Assembly (NCBI GenBank): GCA_051294375.1
Contig: CM119270.1
Location: 14,115,316-14,179,315, forward strand
Length of the DNA stretch: 64,000 nt
Source: Paraspadella gotoi
Taxonomy: Eukaryota; Animalia; Chaetognatha
Reading direction: 5' to 3'
Positions 21,187 through 36,445 of this stretch are shown piece by piece; positions within the stretch are counted from its first letter, which is position 1, and each line of letters begins with the position of its first letter. The notes below the pieces were generated by a model. The model saw nothing but the letters and a program-made list of their open reading frames with translations. It did no database searches and was not told the DNA's origin. The position numbers were made by a program, and so were the translations under genes.

Positions 21187-24100
21187 AGAGAGAGTGAAAG
21201 CGAGACAGAGACAACGACAGGATATTCCGCCAGAAGATTGAAAAAAATCGAACAAAGAAGGTGCGTCTTCCCGTTTCGGGCTGAACGTGCAATAAGTAGG
21301 CGACGTGGGGGCGGTGATGGCGCTCTTTATGGTGAGGGGTGAGGGGTGGAAGTGTCAGGATGGGGACGTGAGCTGGGGGAATGGGTAAGTGGCCGTGGGG
21401 GATGGGCAGTGAGGGTGGGGAGATGGGTATGGGTGAGGTGGATGCGGGTGACGAGAGGGTGGGATGGGGGAGTGGCAGTGAGAGTGGCCACCTTGGAAAG
21501 GCAGTTAGGTGTCGAGAGCGGGAGGCAGCGGTCAGGGTCGACGGGATGTCAGAGCGTGGCAGTGAAGGTGGCGACGAGAGAGTGGCAATGAGAGTGGCAG
21601 CCTGTAAAAGGCGTGGAAGGTGGCGACGGGGTAGTGACGGTGAGAGTGGCGAAAGGAGTGGTTGTCGTTTTTCTGAAAACGAAAATTCAAAGATGGTGGG
21701 GGTCGTGGAGAAACGAAGTCAAACTAATGAAGCAAAGTCCTATCACTTAAATGGATTCACAAGTATAACAAGTTGTCATTTTCAACTATCAAAGCCTCAA
21801 CTTTCTTTGACGATTTTATATCGACGATGTGATTAGTAAATTGTTGTTCGCTCATTTCCATGGAGATCTTTAAAAAAATGTCGACCTCAGTCGAACTATG
21901 GTGTTAGGAGTTAGTTTCTTACAACAACCACAATATACATACAGTACATTAAATTTACAATTCATAATTTTGAGCTCACCCGTATGGGGAAAATTTCAGA
22001 TATTTTCTACCACGATCAAGTTTTCAGCTAATTTTTTTGAATATTTTCCGGCCCGGAAAGGAAAAGTTTTGAAGGGAGGATCTTTCGTCATTTCGACCTT
22101 AAAGATTCGAAAACCTTTGATGAATTTTAGGCGAAAATTCGGTGATCCGTAAGAAGGCCATCAATCTATATCTTCCCTTCCCTTAACCTAACCTTCCCTT
22201 CCCTTACCCTCCATGTTGTCAGATTCTCGGTGACATTTTCCAGACTTGGCTCTCATTCTCGGTTCCATTCATCTCCCGCCTCCTTTTCCGCCGACGAAGC
22301 TTCTACCGCCCGACGGCGAGGCGGCNNNNNNNNNNNNNNNNNNNNNNNNNNNNNNNNNNNNNNNNNNNNNNNNNNNNNNNNNNNNNNNNNNNNNNNNNNN
22401 NNCCTTAACTCCCCTCACTCGCGTTCTTTCTTCTCTCTTTTCTCGACGTTGTCCCGCGGAGAAGAAGACTCGTGACACAACGACGTATCCCTTGTCACTA
22501 ATTAACTCGCGTTCAATCATTTTCCTCTCGTTTTAAAAGTACCTCCTAACGTCGTTAATTTAAGCCCCGCGTCATCTCATGGTAACTTTCGCATTCTGTG
22601 AATCTTTATCAACGCGATTCCGTCACAGAATCTCACCCCGGCGTGATGGTTTTGTCGTCAAAGGGCGAGGCGACGACGGGCGAGGTCCGTGATCGGCGAT
22701 CAGCGAGTTGTGATTCCCCACGGTGATAAATTTTCGCTCGACATTGATTTAGAGGGAAAAAGGGGGAATTTATTGGCGGTGAATGTCTAAAAGTCACTAC
22801 TACTAGTAGATATAGATCAAAATATATGGTTCTTTACGACGAGGGTCGAGAAATGCCTGGAGACGAGGAATGACAAAGAAAAGACCCTTTAAGTCGGGAC
22901 AACGAGGACAAGCGGGACATTTGGGACAAGATCGAGGATCGAGATCGAAAATCGAGATGAAATTCGCGAGAATCAACTGACTGGCGACCAGCAGCAAATT
23001 GGAATTCGTCTCACAGGAGACAAGGAAACGTATCAAGATCTGAGCTACTCAAATAAATTTTTCAGACTCGGCGTTTGGACTGTGAAAGAGTTTTTGAAAA
23101 CCGAAGAAAAAGATAGGAAGAGAGACGGAGAAATTTCTTTATAAGGTGAAAATCAGGAATGTTGAATAATGGATAAAAAACAAAGAAATGTATCCCAACA
23201 TTTGTTTTTATGAAAAAACTTAACGAGGATTTAAAATACACAAAATTATCACTTTTTCATCTAAAAGTCTTAGTTCGAAAATATTATGCAAAAAATTGGT
23301 ATCGTTCTTTTAGATATCTCTTATTCTCTGAGTCTCTTTCTCTCTTCATTCTTCATTCACTTCTTCCCGGTAAAAATGCCAAGAACTCTTCCAGTACAGA
23401 TGGGGCTCAAGCCCCAAAGAACGAGAAAAAGAGAGAGAAAAAGAGAAAAAGAGANNNNNNNNNNNNNNNNNNNNNNNNNNNNNNNNNNNNNNNNNNNNNN
23501 NNNNNNNNNNNNNNNNNNNNNNNNNNNNNNNNNNNNNNNNNNNNNNNNNNNNNNNNNNNNNNNNNNNNNNNNNNNNNNNNNNNNNNNNNNNNNNNNNNNN
23601 NNNNNNNNNNNNNNNNNNNNNNNNNNNNNNNNNNNNNNNNNNNNNNNNNNNNNNNNNNNNNNNNNNNNNNNNNNNNNNNNNNNNNNNNNNNNNNNNNNNN
23701 NNNNNNNNNNNNNNNNNNNNNNNNNNNNNNNNNNNNNNNNNNNNNNNNNNNNNNNNTCACCTCTTAAGGATTGTTTTTCTTTAAAAGAGAGTAGAAAGGG
23801 AGAGAGAGAGAGAAAGAGAAAGAAAGAATAGAAAACGTCATCGAACAAGGCCGGTTCGGGATTGGTGCGGACTGTGACGATCATAGTCCTGTATAAGAGA
23901 GAGAGAAGAGAGGAGAGAGAGAGAGAGGAGAGAGAAGAGAGAGACAATTTTTTTTTAAGAAAAAAAAAATTAAAATGCAATCTTCTCATTACAATATCAA
24001 TTACAATACAGACTCTAAAAAGATAGTACGTTGGCAGGGAAGACAGCAGATCACAGATAAGGAAAAGAAGGGCTTAAAAGATTATTGAAAAAAAAAAAAA

Positions 24101-24496
24101 AAAAAAATTATAAGAAAATTCTAAGAATGAAAATTGTTAGAAATTGTCAATTCTGTTTTATATTTCAGTTTTTTTTTTTTTTATTCTGTAAGAGACCTCG
24201 TCAATTGCTTTTTCAAACGCGCATGCGCACAAATGCATACGACGTGCACAAATGCAAGTCACGGTCGCATCCCTTACATTCGCGTCGGTGCAAGTCACGC
24301 GCCACGCGGAAAGACCGCGCGCGCGTGTAACGCGTTTTACTCTCCTCTCCGTCCTCGCATTCCTTTGCCCGATTCCATCGCGTGCGACAACGACGAAGAC
24401 TACGACGACAACGACGACGACAACGACGTCCGAGTGACGCATAGATTCCGCAAAATCCGCAGCGGTGGCGGCAGCAACGATGCGTGAGAGAGAGAC

Positions 24497-24585
<89 letters not shown>

Positions 24586-24883
24586 CGTGCGGCCAAAAAT
24601 GATGCAACGGAGCACAAAAACATGGCGTCGCGTATGAGGGGAGGGGAATCGACATCGCGGTTTTTTTTTCCCAGGGTCGGTGGTTCGGACTAGGGGGGGG
24701 CTTTTTCAATCTCTTTCCCCCCTTTCACTCTGTCTCTCTCTGACTTTTTGTCCCTCTCTCCCTTTACCCGCAACCACCTTCACTTCTTCCTCCGTCCCAG
24801 GTCCGTCCCTTGTATCGTGCGTCGATTCCTTAAAATAAAAATTAATTCCAGATTCGATTTTTTTAGTTAATTTTGACTTTTTT

Positions 24884-24977
<94 letters not shown>

Positions 24978-27900
24978 ACAGCACTCGTCACGCGCAATCG
25001 ATATTGGGAATACGTTTACTCCGTGAAACTTTTAAAATTTAAAAATATCTATTCTTATTAAATGACGAAATTTTAACGAACAACAAGCCCAAAAATTAAA
25101 ACTTTGTGCTAACCTACAAAATCAAAGAAATGAACCAAGCTATTTTTGTTATGACGTCTCATTGTCGAAAAAATTAAAAAAATATTTTTTTGTCTTTCGA
25201 ATTCGTGACTAAATTGGCGTCTCATTCGCCGTTGTAACCCTTTCCTGCATCGGGAGCAAGACCGCTAATCAATTTTCCTTTCCCAATTTTTCCTTTTCCC
25301 TTGTCCCTTATCCCTTATCCCTTATCCCTTATCCCTTTTTCCCTACTTCCTTTTCACATTCTCCCTTTTCTCTCTTTTCCCCCTTTCCCCTCTGCTCTAC
25401 TTCCTTTTCTTCTCTTTTCCTTTTCTTTTCTTCTTTCCGCCTTTCTCTTCCTCAATTTTCCTTTTACCCCCTTACCCCATTTTCTTCTTTTCTTTCCCCT
25501 CCACCATTTCTTCTTCCTCTGTCCCCCACATCTACCCCATTCTCTTTTCCTCTTCCCCTACCCATTCTTCTTTCCTCTTTCCTTACCCTTCTTCTCTCCT
25601 CTTCCCCCTACCCCAATTTTTCTTTTCCTCCTTTCCCCCTACCCCATTTCTTCTTTTTCTCTTTCCCCCTTTTTAACCCCATTCTTCTTTTCCCTCTCCC
25701 CCTACCCCATTTTTCTACTTTTCTCTTCCCCCTCCTCAATCAGATTAAGTGTGAGAATTCTGGACGCTTAAAACCGTCGAAATTTTTATAAGAATATTAC
25801 TATTAAACATATTGCATTTTGCGGTTTAACATCCCAGTCAATTTAACATATCAATTTGTATACACACATTATTTTCTTTCCCTGTCACTAGAATTAATTC
25901 ATACTATCTGACAATCGTTAAATACTTCTTCGTTATATGCGTTTAATTAACTCGTATAATTAAATATCCTTTTAGTTAGCCTACGTGTTATACAATATAC
26001 TCAAAAGAAACTGTTCCACTTTCAAATAAGAAAGGTAATGATCCCCTATGGCCCTCCCTCTCACCCTCTCGGCCTCATCCTTGAATTAATTCCGCACGCA
26101 CAAATAAGTGCCTTGTACAATGTTTTGTCGACGTGTGTCGCCCCTTTTAATATCCTTCCGGACTCCTGGTTATAAGCCGACATTGGCCGAGGATCTTTTA
26201 AGGAGCGCCGAGGCCGAGCAGCCCATCTCGTGGTCCCTCATTCCATGTTTCGCGCGAGAGAGGTCGCACATACGACGAACCTCATAAACCACAGGATAAG
26301 TCCTCGGAGACACCATGACAATTCGGGCACGGTTTGTCAATGAGTCCAAGTGAATGTGGTTGCTCGTTCATTGTGTCCGTGAGTATCTGCTTGTTCTGCA
26401 TCTTTCTGTCTATCCCTGTGCCCTCCGTTCGAAGGTCCGCAGCATCCGAGACTTATTCTGTGAATGATAAGAGTGTGCGTGAGCTTCGCATAACGTTCGA
26501 GCAAGCGCCAAGGCGACTGTGTTGTAGCACCCAGATAAGAACAGAACAATCCAGCGTTGGACGTGTTCGTGAGGAGCCGGGGGCTTCTTCTGTGGTTTCG
26601 ATTTAAGCTTACAGTCGATCCAGGCGCGAAATCCCCAGTAGTAAGTGAGCTAATGTTTAAAGTTGAAATTTTTTTCTCTCTCTTCTAGCGGTGCGAATAT
26701 ATTTGATACCACGTTGGCTAAAACCGGATCAGACGAAAACGATGAACAAAAACGTCTCAAAGAATCTCGCTAATTCAAAAGCCCCAGCTTTTGATAAAAG
26801 ATACCAAAGCAACAAAAGCCAGCACAACGTGGTCACCAAACTGGGCGCGCTGGAGAGAAGCAAAAAGTACAGAAGCGAAAAAAATTAAGGAGAACCAACT
26901 CCAACAGACGGCTCGCGCTCTCCGGGGTTCCCTCGTACCAAACTTAACTTTCGGGCCTCTCCTTCCCAAGAGATACAGAGTAGAAGAAAGATGAAAGAGA
27001 AATAGCCATAGGCATTAGTAAAAGGGGTACCGGTGTATAAAAAATTACAAGAAAATATAAGAAGAAGAAGGAGCCGTCGTCCAGGGACCCCCGTGAAAAT
27101 AAAGAGACCGAGAGATCCCTTGAGGAAGTACAGATGTTGAGGATCGGAGATCATCAGCAGGACTTTCGAGACACGAGAGGTCGGGCAGTGGCGTAGACGC
27201 AGATTGAGGAGAAGAGACTTGTGAGACCGACATGGGTCAGACTTAAGGAGAGCGGTATACCGCTCCCAGGGGTGTGTCGGAGGAAGTCGGCCTGGAATCG
27301 GCGACGAAGATCCGACACCGGACGGTGCGAAGGGCGGAAGACGTTGTGGTGAGAAGGTCAAGGTGATGGTCATTCTCCAGGATTGTGGGGAAGATAGACG
27401 GAATTTCCACTCGTTCGCGCATTCTTGCGCTCCGCCCACGAAAAGTTAAACTCTGGGGTGAAAGTAAGCGTGCAACCGAGATTATTTAATTAGCTTTATC
27501 AGGCGCAAGCGCCGAGGAGATATTTTATAAAACAAAATAGAATTACCTCGCACCTGAAAAGATTATTAATTCTCATTTAAAGGATCCTGTTCTTTTCGAG
27601 TACACGTATGAAATGCAATGCGAATCAGTACCTTGTTTCTCGCTCATTTTGTGCAAGTCACAGTCTCTTCAAACAAAACTTGGGAATTTCACGACTCTCA
27701 GAAGAAAAAGCCCAAAGCGGTCAGGCTCTGCTGACGTTATTGGTCGACCGGCTTAACTTAGTCCAGGGTGAGTTCGTTCCTGTTCGAGCGTACAAATCAA
27801 TAGAAGCGCTCTTTGAAATTTTTTTCGAATTTCAATCACGTAAATTTTATGTTTGTCCATTGCTATTGAGGTTTGAAGAAAACACCTACCCAGGAGGCAT

Positions 27901-30900
27901 AACAAGGGTCACTTGCTCGCGGACCGACACTTCGGCCGGCAGTATCCTTGCCCTAGTCTCTGACATCTCCGTTCGATCTATATTCTCATTCCCATCCCTT
28001 TCCCCACGGGAGTCGTTCCAAACTTCAATCCAAGGTGAGTCTACGTATGTTTATTCTATGGCATTAGTTCTCTTTTCCGAATTGAGCGGATATGCTGTCA
28101 GGCTCCTTTATATTTCCAGCTAACACTCGCTGGGCGAGAAATACGGCTGGGAGAGTCGCTCTTCACTTTTTCTCCCCTGTCGTCATCGACGGTTCTTTTT
28201 TCATCTCAACCCTCGTCTCATATTAGTTCAACTCAGGAAACATGGTCCATGTCTTGTTGATATACACTCCAACTTTCGTTTCCAATTTTAGTATGGAACA
28301 TTGCTGCTACAATGCCTTCCTCACCAATTCCTTCCATTCCTTCGCCTTTCGACAAAATCTAATTCGACCTTTGCAACAGTTTATCAATTAGCTTGATCAA
28401 TGACCGAAACAACGTCCTCCTCTATTGTATATACCAGGTGAATAAATTCATGTCATCGATTGTTGGCCACTCTCTATTGGAGGAATGCCGATTGACGGAA
28501 CTGCCAGTTGTAGTAAATTAATCTACGCCCACCTTTACCTCTCTCTGCGTCGTCCCATTTACTCTGCCCGATTGAAACAACACAATCATTATACTGATAA
28601 CCCGTAATAAACACGAACCAACTCGAGTCTCTGAAACTTCTGTAACGTATCGGCTCTATCCAAATTATATCCCTCAAACTGTTTTGTCTCTTGTTCATCT
28701 ACGTTAAAGCTGTACTTCATCTCTCTCTCTCTCGTAGCTCTACCTGCTTCCTTCTGCATCGTTCTCCGTTAACTTTGACTCTCGAGAGTCAACAAAACAT
28801 TTACCAGCTTTTGAAGTTGGTACACTTCCGTAAGCATATTTGGTGTGATTGCGGATACCGATATCGGCGGGGAGTTTCTATATCTTCTGACGGTATCTGC
28901 CGATAGCCACGTATTCGAAGTAATGTCCCCTGCTTCGGAAAGAGGAGGCATATAATCGTACGACGTAATTTGAGGCATGAATTTGATTGATTTCAGCTCC
29001 GTTTAAAAGCCAAAAGTTGTCCCCATGAACACCTATACATATTACACTCTTGACTCTTCTTTTGCTAACAATTTTCTTTTCTCACTTTAAAATCTNNNNN
29101 NNNNNNNNNNNNNNNNNNNNCCACAGAGACTTTTTCAGTTTTCCCCCTTTTTCCGCGATGGATGGAGACAATCTACCCTCAATCCTCGATCAGCCACGAA
29201 ATTCAAAACCTCCGGACGATTTATTTTTTTTTCTTTTTCATTTTCGATTCGGTTTTTTAATTTTTTTTTTCCTCCGTCGAATCCGCTCCTCCGCTCATCA
29301 GCTCCTGCGTACACATAAAAAAGCAACTAGCGGGGCTTCTCTCTCTCTCTTCTTTATTTTATGATTAAATTTCTCTCTCTGTTCGTGAATATATTTAAAA
29401 CAAAACAAAAAACGAAACAAAAAACCCCCCTTTAAAAAAAAACAACAAAAAACAAACGTGAACAAAACAAAAAAAAGTACAGAAGCGAAAAAAAAAATAA
29501 ATGAACAATCCAACGTCACGTCTCCCGATTCCTCCGCACTTCCTCTCCCTTCCTTTCCCAAGAAAGAAAGAAAAAAAAACCAAAGCAATAAAATAAAAAA
29601 AAAATAAAAAAGGATCCGCGGAAAAGAAAGAAAAGAGCGGGGAGAGATCGAGAGACACACGGATAGAGACAGAGCGAGAGGGAGAGAGAGAAAGAGATCG
29701 AGAGACAGAAGGACGTGGAACCGTGGGGGAGCGAGAATGTCGTTTTCGAGATCTCGTCCTTCGTCGACGAGTCTCCGACTCGCGGCGCGCCGACGTCTCG
29801 CTTGAAAAGATTTTCGGCGCCCGGATTGGCGACGCCGGATTCGGCAACGCCGGTCCGCGGAAACGCCGCGCCGCGCCGGTCAACGAGGGTCCGTTGCAGC
29901 AAGAACCTCTGACCCGGCGACTCGTCCGCTCTTTTCCATCGCCGTCGATTCCAAACTCAACTCAAATTTTTTTTTNNNNNNNNNNNNNNNNNNNNNNNNN
30001 NNNNNNNNNNNNNNNNNNNNNNNNNNNNNNNNNNNNNNNNNNNNNNNNNNNNNNNNNNNNNNNNNNNNNNNNNNNNNNNNNNNNNNNNNNNNNNNNNNNN
30101 NNNNNNNNNNNNNNNNNNNNNNNNNNNNNNNNNNNNNNNNNNNNNNNNNNNNNNNNNNNNNNNNNNNNNNNNNNNNNNNNNNNNNNNNNNNNNNNNNNNN
30201 NNNNNNNNNNNNNNNNNNNNNNNNNNNNNNNNNNNNNNNNNNNNNNNNNNNNNNNNNNNNNNNNNNNNNNNNNNNNNNNNNNNNNNNNNNNNNNNNNNNN
30301 NNNNNNNNNNNNNNNNNNNNNNNNNNNNNNNNNNNNNNNNNNNNNNNNNNNNNNNNNNNNNNNNNNNNNNNNNNNNNTTTTACCGCCAAAAAAAAATTGG
30401 GAAAAAAGAAAAAAGGAGTTCGTTCTCTGTTCGTTGGATGGAACCAGGGATCGCGACCGTAGCGACGATCACGACGAAAGACGACATCGACGAATAAAAA
30501 ATAAAGAGACGAACCTCGTTCCGGACATTTGGAAAATTTTGCGCCGAAAGCACCGACCTGAAAAAAAAAAAACGCCCAAGACGACGGCGACGACAGAAAC
30601 CGACGCCGCCCCATTAAGAGCCACGTGGCTTCAAGAGAAGGAGACACTCTCGCGGCGCCGGAATTTAAAAGGAGACGTCGCCGCAGGAAAAGTTAAATTA
30701 GCGGCGCTGCAATCGTACGAAAGATCTAATTCTTCTCCAGGTGCTTATATAAATAATAATAATATATAGAATATAATCGAGAAAAAAAGGCCGAGAAATC
30801 TGGCGCCGGTTGAACGAAGGGCGAAGGTCGAAGTCAACGAATTTAAAATTCGGAACCAAAAAACGAAANNNNNNNNNNNNNNNNNNNNNNNNNNNNNNNN

Positions 30901-33900
30901 NNNNNNNNNNNNNNNNNNNNNNNNNNNNNNNNNNNNNNNNNNNNNNNNNNNNNNNNNNNNNNNNNNNNNNNNNNNNNNNNNNNNNNNNNNNNNNNNNNNN
31001 NNNNNNNNNNNNNNNNNNNNNNNNNNNNNNNNNNNNNNNNNNNNNNNNNNNNNNNNNNNNNNNNNNNNNNNNNNNNNNNNNNNNNNNNNNNNNNNNNNNN
31101 NNNNNNNNNNNNNNNNNNNNNNNNNNNNNNNNNNNNNNNNNNNNNNNNNNNNNNNNNNNNNNNNNNNNNNNNNNNNNNNNNNNNNNNNNNNNNNNNNNNN
31201 NNNNNNNNNNNNNNNNNNNNNNNNNNTCACAAAACCGTTTCTTTTCAGTCAAAACTTAACGCATATTTTTATTTTTGGGGAAAAAAAATAATAAAGTATA
31301 AAATGTTTAAGCGCATTTGTACCTGTTAAGTAATTAAATGATATTAAGAAAAATATTATTTTTTTAGAAATTAATGAAGAAAAATTCCTGTATACACCAA
31401 TTAATACTATCTTAAGCATAAAATACGAGTACTGCGACGCACCCTGTAATCGAAATAGCCTGTATTTAACTAAAAAATAAAAAGGGTTGAATCTCAATGA
31501 CAAAAAATGAGCTCAATCGCCGCGTACATCCTCCGCCCCGAAGGATAAACGATGAAACCCATTCAAATTAAATATTTTATTTTTACAATTGGAAACAAAA
31601 ATTAAAAGGTTCCGTTCCCCGGATCGTCGTCGAAAAAAAAANNNNNNNNNNNNNNNNNNNNNNNNNNNNNNNNNNNNNNNNNNNNNNNNNNNNNNNNNNN
31701 NNNNNNNNNNNNNNNNNNNNNNNNNNNNNNNNNNNNNNNNNNNNNNNNNNNNNNNNNNNNNNNNNNNNNNNNNNNNNNNNNNNNNNNNNNNNNNNNNNNN
31801 NNNNNNNNNNAAAAAAAAACTCCACTCGAACGATCCGCTCCAGCGCTCGTCTACGTCACGAAACCGACTGAGCCACATAGTCAACGACGGCGTTATGACG
31901 TCATGCCGGCGCGCCAAGACGGCGTCATATTGACGTGACAAAAGAAAAGAAGAATCGAGGCGGAATTCTGGTCACAATCACGTGATTCTGTTCCTTTCGA
32001 TTGGGAAGAAGAAGAGAGAAAGAAAATGTGAGAACGATGATTGAATTTACCGTTAAAAAGAATCTAATTATATAGAATAATAATAAATAATATTTCGCTC
32101 TCGAAACTAAACATCTGTACGTTAAACAACAAAAGTAACAATCGTTGTATCACGGACGCCAAAACTTTCAGGCAACAGAAGTTAAAACCACGAGACCAGC
32201 GACGACAGAAACGACGACGACGACGACGACGACGACGCCAGCAATAATTCTTTTTACAAAAAAAAGAGAAATAACTCGAGAGTAACAGAGCCGCAGCGGA
32301 GCAAAGTAGCAGCAGCAGGAATAACAACAACGACTCTCGCACTAAAACTATTCATCTCTCTCGTGAAACAAACGCCAACGCTGACGCCACGGCGNNNNNN
32401 NNNNNNNNNNNNNNNNNNNNNNNNNNNNNNNNNNNNNNNNNNNNNNNNNNNNNNNNNNNNNNNNNNNNNNNNNNNNNNNNNNNNNNNNNNNNNNNNNNNN
32501 NNNNNNNNNNTTTTCGACAACCCGATGTTCAAAGTAAAAGAAAAAAAAATCATCTGATTCGAATCTGAAAATGGTGAATTTTAATATTTTTAATTATTTA
32601 TCGTGAACGGAGTTGATTGTTTTTAAATGGCGGGCGGCGCTCGGCCACGAACTTTTATTTCTTCCAATATACCGAATTTTATTACTATCGAAAATCATTT
32701 CACAAACTATCTCTCCCTCCCGAACTTAATGACCCCGACAATTACCCACCGTAACAACCTAACAATACCGCCGACCGTTATCGGATTCCCGCTAACCGCC
32801 AAACATTCCGAATCATAAACAAACAAACAAACAAACAAAAAAATCTAAATGAAACGAACCTCGATTTGCCCTCAAAATTATTGTCTTCCTCTTTTTTTCA
32901 TCGCGCTCGTGATCGATACGAACGCCTGGAACAAGCGCTCGGTGCAGGCGTCCTCAAGCAGCTTGGTTGATGCGTCTTTTTTTTTTTATACCCGCGTCAT
33001 ATTCGATCAATGACGTCACTCTGTTCTTCGCCTCCTTTTTTTTATAACACCTTTTTTTTCACGTGAATTAAAATTCACCTCACGATGTGATACAATGCGT
33101 TTTTTATGAACAAAAAAAAAAAAAATTGTCGCTACAACTAAAACTACGAACGATGAGTCGACGATAATTTCTCAATTACGTCACCGTTTATCTTTTTTTG
33201 GAAACAGCGCCCTCTTGAAAGAAAAAAAAAAGATTAAATAATACAAAAAAAAAATATCTAATAATCGCGAAAGGAGAAGAAGAAAACTCGCGGTTGACGG
33301 CGGCCTTTTTCAAAAAAAGAAATCTCGACTCTCGGTGCTTCAAACATTTTTTTGTGATTTTCTTTTTTTACAAGAGAAAAAAAAAGTTGGTGCTTTGTCT
33401 ACGATTGATCTTTACGAAACACGGAATATATTAGTTATAGAAACAAACAAACAACAACAAAAAAAAACCAAGAAAGAAGCGCACAGACTTCTCTTCAAAC
33501 GCCATCTATCGTCATCGCTGCAGGGATTTCTCATTTATAATATCCACTCGTATTCTTATTCTCTCACCCCGTTTGTTACACGCTGTAGGAACTAATTTAC
33601 CGCTTTTTCTGACAAAACAAAAAAATCCCCCAAAACAAAACAAAACACTTTGTTCGTTTTCGTGTTCGTTTCTTATTTCGATTTCGGTTTTTTTACTTTT
33701 CTCGTGTGTGTGCGTGTGTGCGCGTTTGTGTTTTGTGCGACGAAACAGCGACGAAACAGCGCATCGCCCGAANNNNNNNNNNNNNNNNNNNNNNNNNNNN
33801 NNNNNNNNNNNNNNNNNNNNNNNNNNNNNNNNNNNNNNNNNNNNNNNNNNNNNNNNNNNNNNNNNNNNNNNNNNNNNNNNNNNNNNNNNNNNNNNNNNNN

Positions 33901-36177
33901 NNNNNNNNNNNNNNNNNNNNNNNNNNNNNNNNNNNNNNNNNNNNNNNNNNNNNNNNNNNNNNNNNNNNNNNNNNNNNNNNNNNAGAGAGAGAGAGAGAGA
34001 GAGAGAGAGAAGAAACTTAATTTTACAATTACATTTTTTGAAAATTAGGAAGTGGAAATTATACCTAAATGCAAAACATACTTTTCGAAATTTATAATTA
34101 TCAATGAATTAAGTTTATAATTAAATTGTTTAAAAATTAATCATAAAATCTAAACAAAATTCGCATAAAATACTGAAAGTCACGCACTCAATTGAGAAAG
34201 GGAGATATGGCTGAAGGCTGTANNNNNNNNNNNNNNNNNNNNNNNNNNNNNNNNNNNNNNNNNNNNNNNNNNNNNNNNNNNNNNNNNNNNNNNNNNNNNN
34301 NNNNNNNNNNNNNNNNNNNNNNNNNNNNNNNNNNNNNNNNNNNNNNNNNNNNNNNNNNNNNNNNNNNNNNNNNNNNNNNNNNNNNNNNNNNNNNNNNNNN
34401 NNNNNNNNNNNNNNNNNNNNNNNNNNNNNNNNNNNNNNNNNNNNNNNNNNNNNNNNNNNNNNNNNNNNNNNNNNNNNNNNNNNNNNNNGGGAAGAGGAGG
34501 AGTGCAGAATAAAGAACAAGGAGTAAAGAGAAAGGAAAAGAAGGAGAGAAATAAAATTAAGGTGGATTTGGGTATGAGATCGAGATAAATCGAAGGAAGA
34601 GAAAAAAAAAATTACGGTGGACATTAAAGGGTTCACCTGCGTGAAGGTTGGGTTGAGAGGGGGAGTGAAATGAAAAAAAAAAGGTAAGAGACTGAGAGGG
34701 TGAGGCGCGCAATAACGCGCAATAACTCCCTGATGATTATCACGTCAGATTATCACGCGGAAGCAAGACGGGCTGAAATTGCGTTGGAAAGAAAGGCGCT
34801 AGAACGGGTAGGTGAGGAGTAAAGGCGAGGAGAAAGAGGTCGGGACTCGTGATTCAACGGCCTTTATCAAGTTATCAAGTTATCTCGCTCTCGATTCGTT
34901 CCATTCGTCACACAAAAACAAGCGTGCACACACACAATCGAGCGCACGCTCGGTCGGACACACGAAGTGGGTGTGAGCAAAGGGCCGAGAGAAGAGAAGA
35001 AAATAGACGAAGCAAAAGGANNNNNNNNNNNNNNNNNNNNNNNNNNNNNNNNNNNNNNNNNNNNNNNNNNNNNNNNNNNNNNNNNNNNNNNNNNNNNNNN
35101 NNNNNNNNNNNNNNNNNNNNNNNNNNNNNNNNNNNNNNNNNNNNNNNNNNNNNNNNNNNNNNNNNNNNNNNNNNNNNNNNNNNNNNNNNNNNNNNNNNNN
35201 NNNNNNNNNNTGAGTGAGAGAGAGCTCCTTTTCGGTCCTTCCCCTCCCATCCATTGACTTTTTCTCTCTATGCGGGCGCCCACGAAAGGGGCGGCCGAGC
35301 CTTTCAAATATCAACATCATTTTGCAATTATTTTTCCCCATTTCTTTTCTTTCATTTCTTTTCATTCCTCCTTCGACGGAGAACTGTCTTCGATAATATT
35401 TTCCTCCATCCATTGTCTTCATTTCTGTTTGGCTCATTTTCTTTNNNNNNNNNNNNNNNNNNNNNNNNNNNNNNNNNNNNNNNNNNNNNNNNNNNNNNNN
35501 NNNNNNNNNNNNNNNNNNNNNNNNNNNNNNNNNNNNNNNNNNNNNNNNNNNNNNNNNNNNNNNNNNNNNNNNNNNNNNNNNNNNNNNNNNNNNNNNNNNN
35601 NNNNNNNNNNNNNNNNNNNNNNNNNNNNNNNNNTTTTTTCTTACTCTCTTCATCCCGTTCTTTGCTTTTTTTAAAGAAATAATTCCGCCCCCGAACCCGG
35701 GCGAACCCTGGCAAATATAACCTCTTGATCTTGGAGTAGAGAGTTTGGGTCCAAAAAACGTTATCTCTTGATCAGTTTCTGGCAAAAGACCAAAGACGCC
35801 ATTAAATCCACCAAAAACTCGTCGCGAAGAGTAAAGAACCGGGGATTCCAAAAGAGAGGCTTATTCAGATAAAGAGAGAGAGAAAGAGAGAGTGGGAGTG
35901 AGAGAGAGAGAGACAGAGAGAAAGAGAGAAAGAACTTTGTGGATTGATAGGCAACCAGTCCGGAGGCTCTTGGCAGTCTGGCTTCGAATTACTTTTGGAT
36001 GCTGCAAGTATTTGGACCGCGTGAATCGTTTAGGCTAACATGGATTCGAGGCCCCGCATATATTGTCGTATAATTGTGGTATAATAAAAACTTGAATAAG
36101 CTTAATTGACGGTGAGCGCTTCGCCTAATTTTCCATGCACTGTCGACGCCATTTTTAAATTAATGGTTAAAAAAAAT

Positions 36178-36363
36178 ACAGATTTTGAATATATATCTCA
36201 AATGACCATATTTTTGTTAAAACAATGTCTTATGTTTGGCTTAAATTTGAAAAAAAAAGAGATATGAAATTGGTTCAATAAATATATGTAAATTTAAAAA
36301 AAAAAATTTAGTACCTCGATTGAATGGATTGATCGATTGATTGGATGAAGGTTTATTGAAACG

Positions 36364-36445
<82 letters not shown>

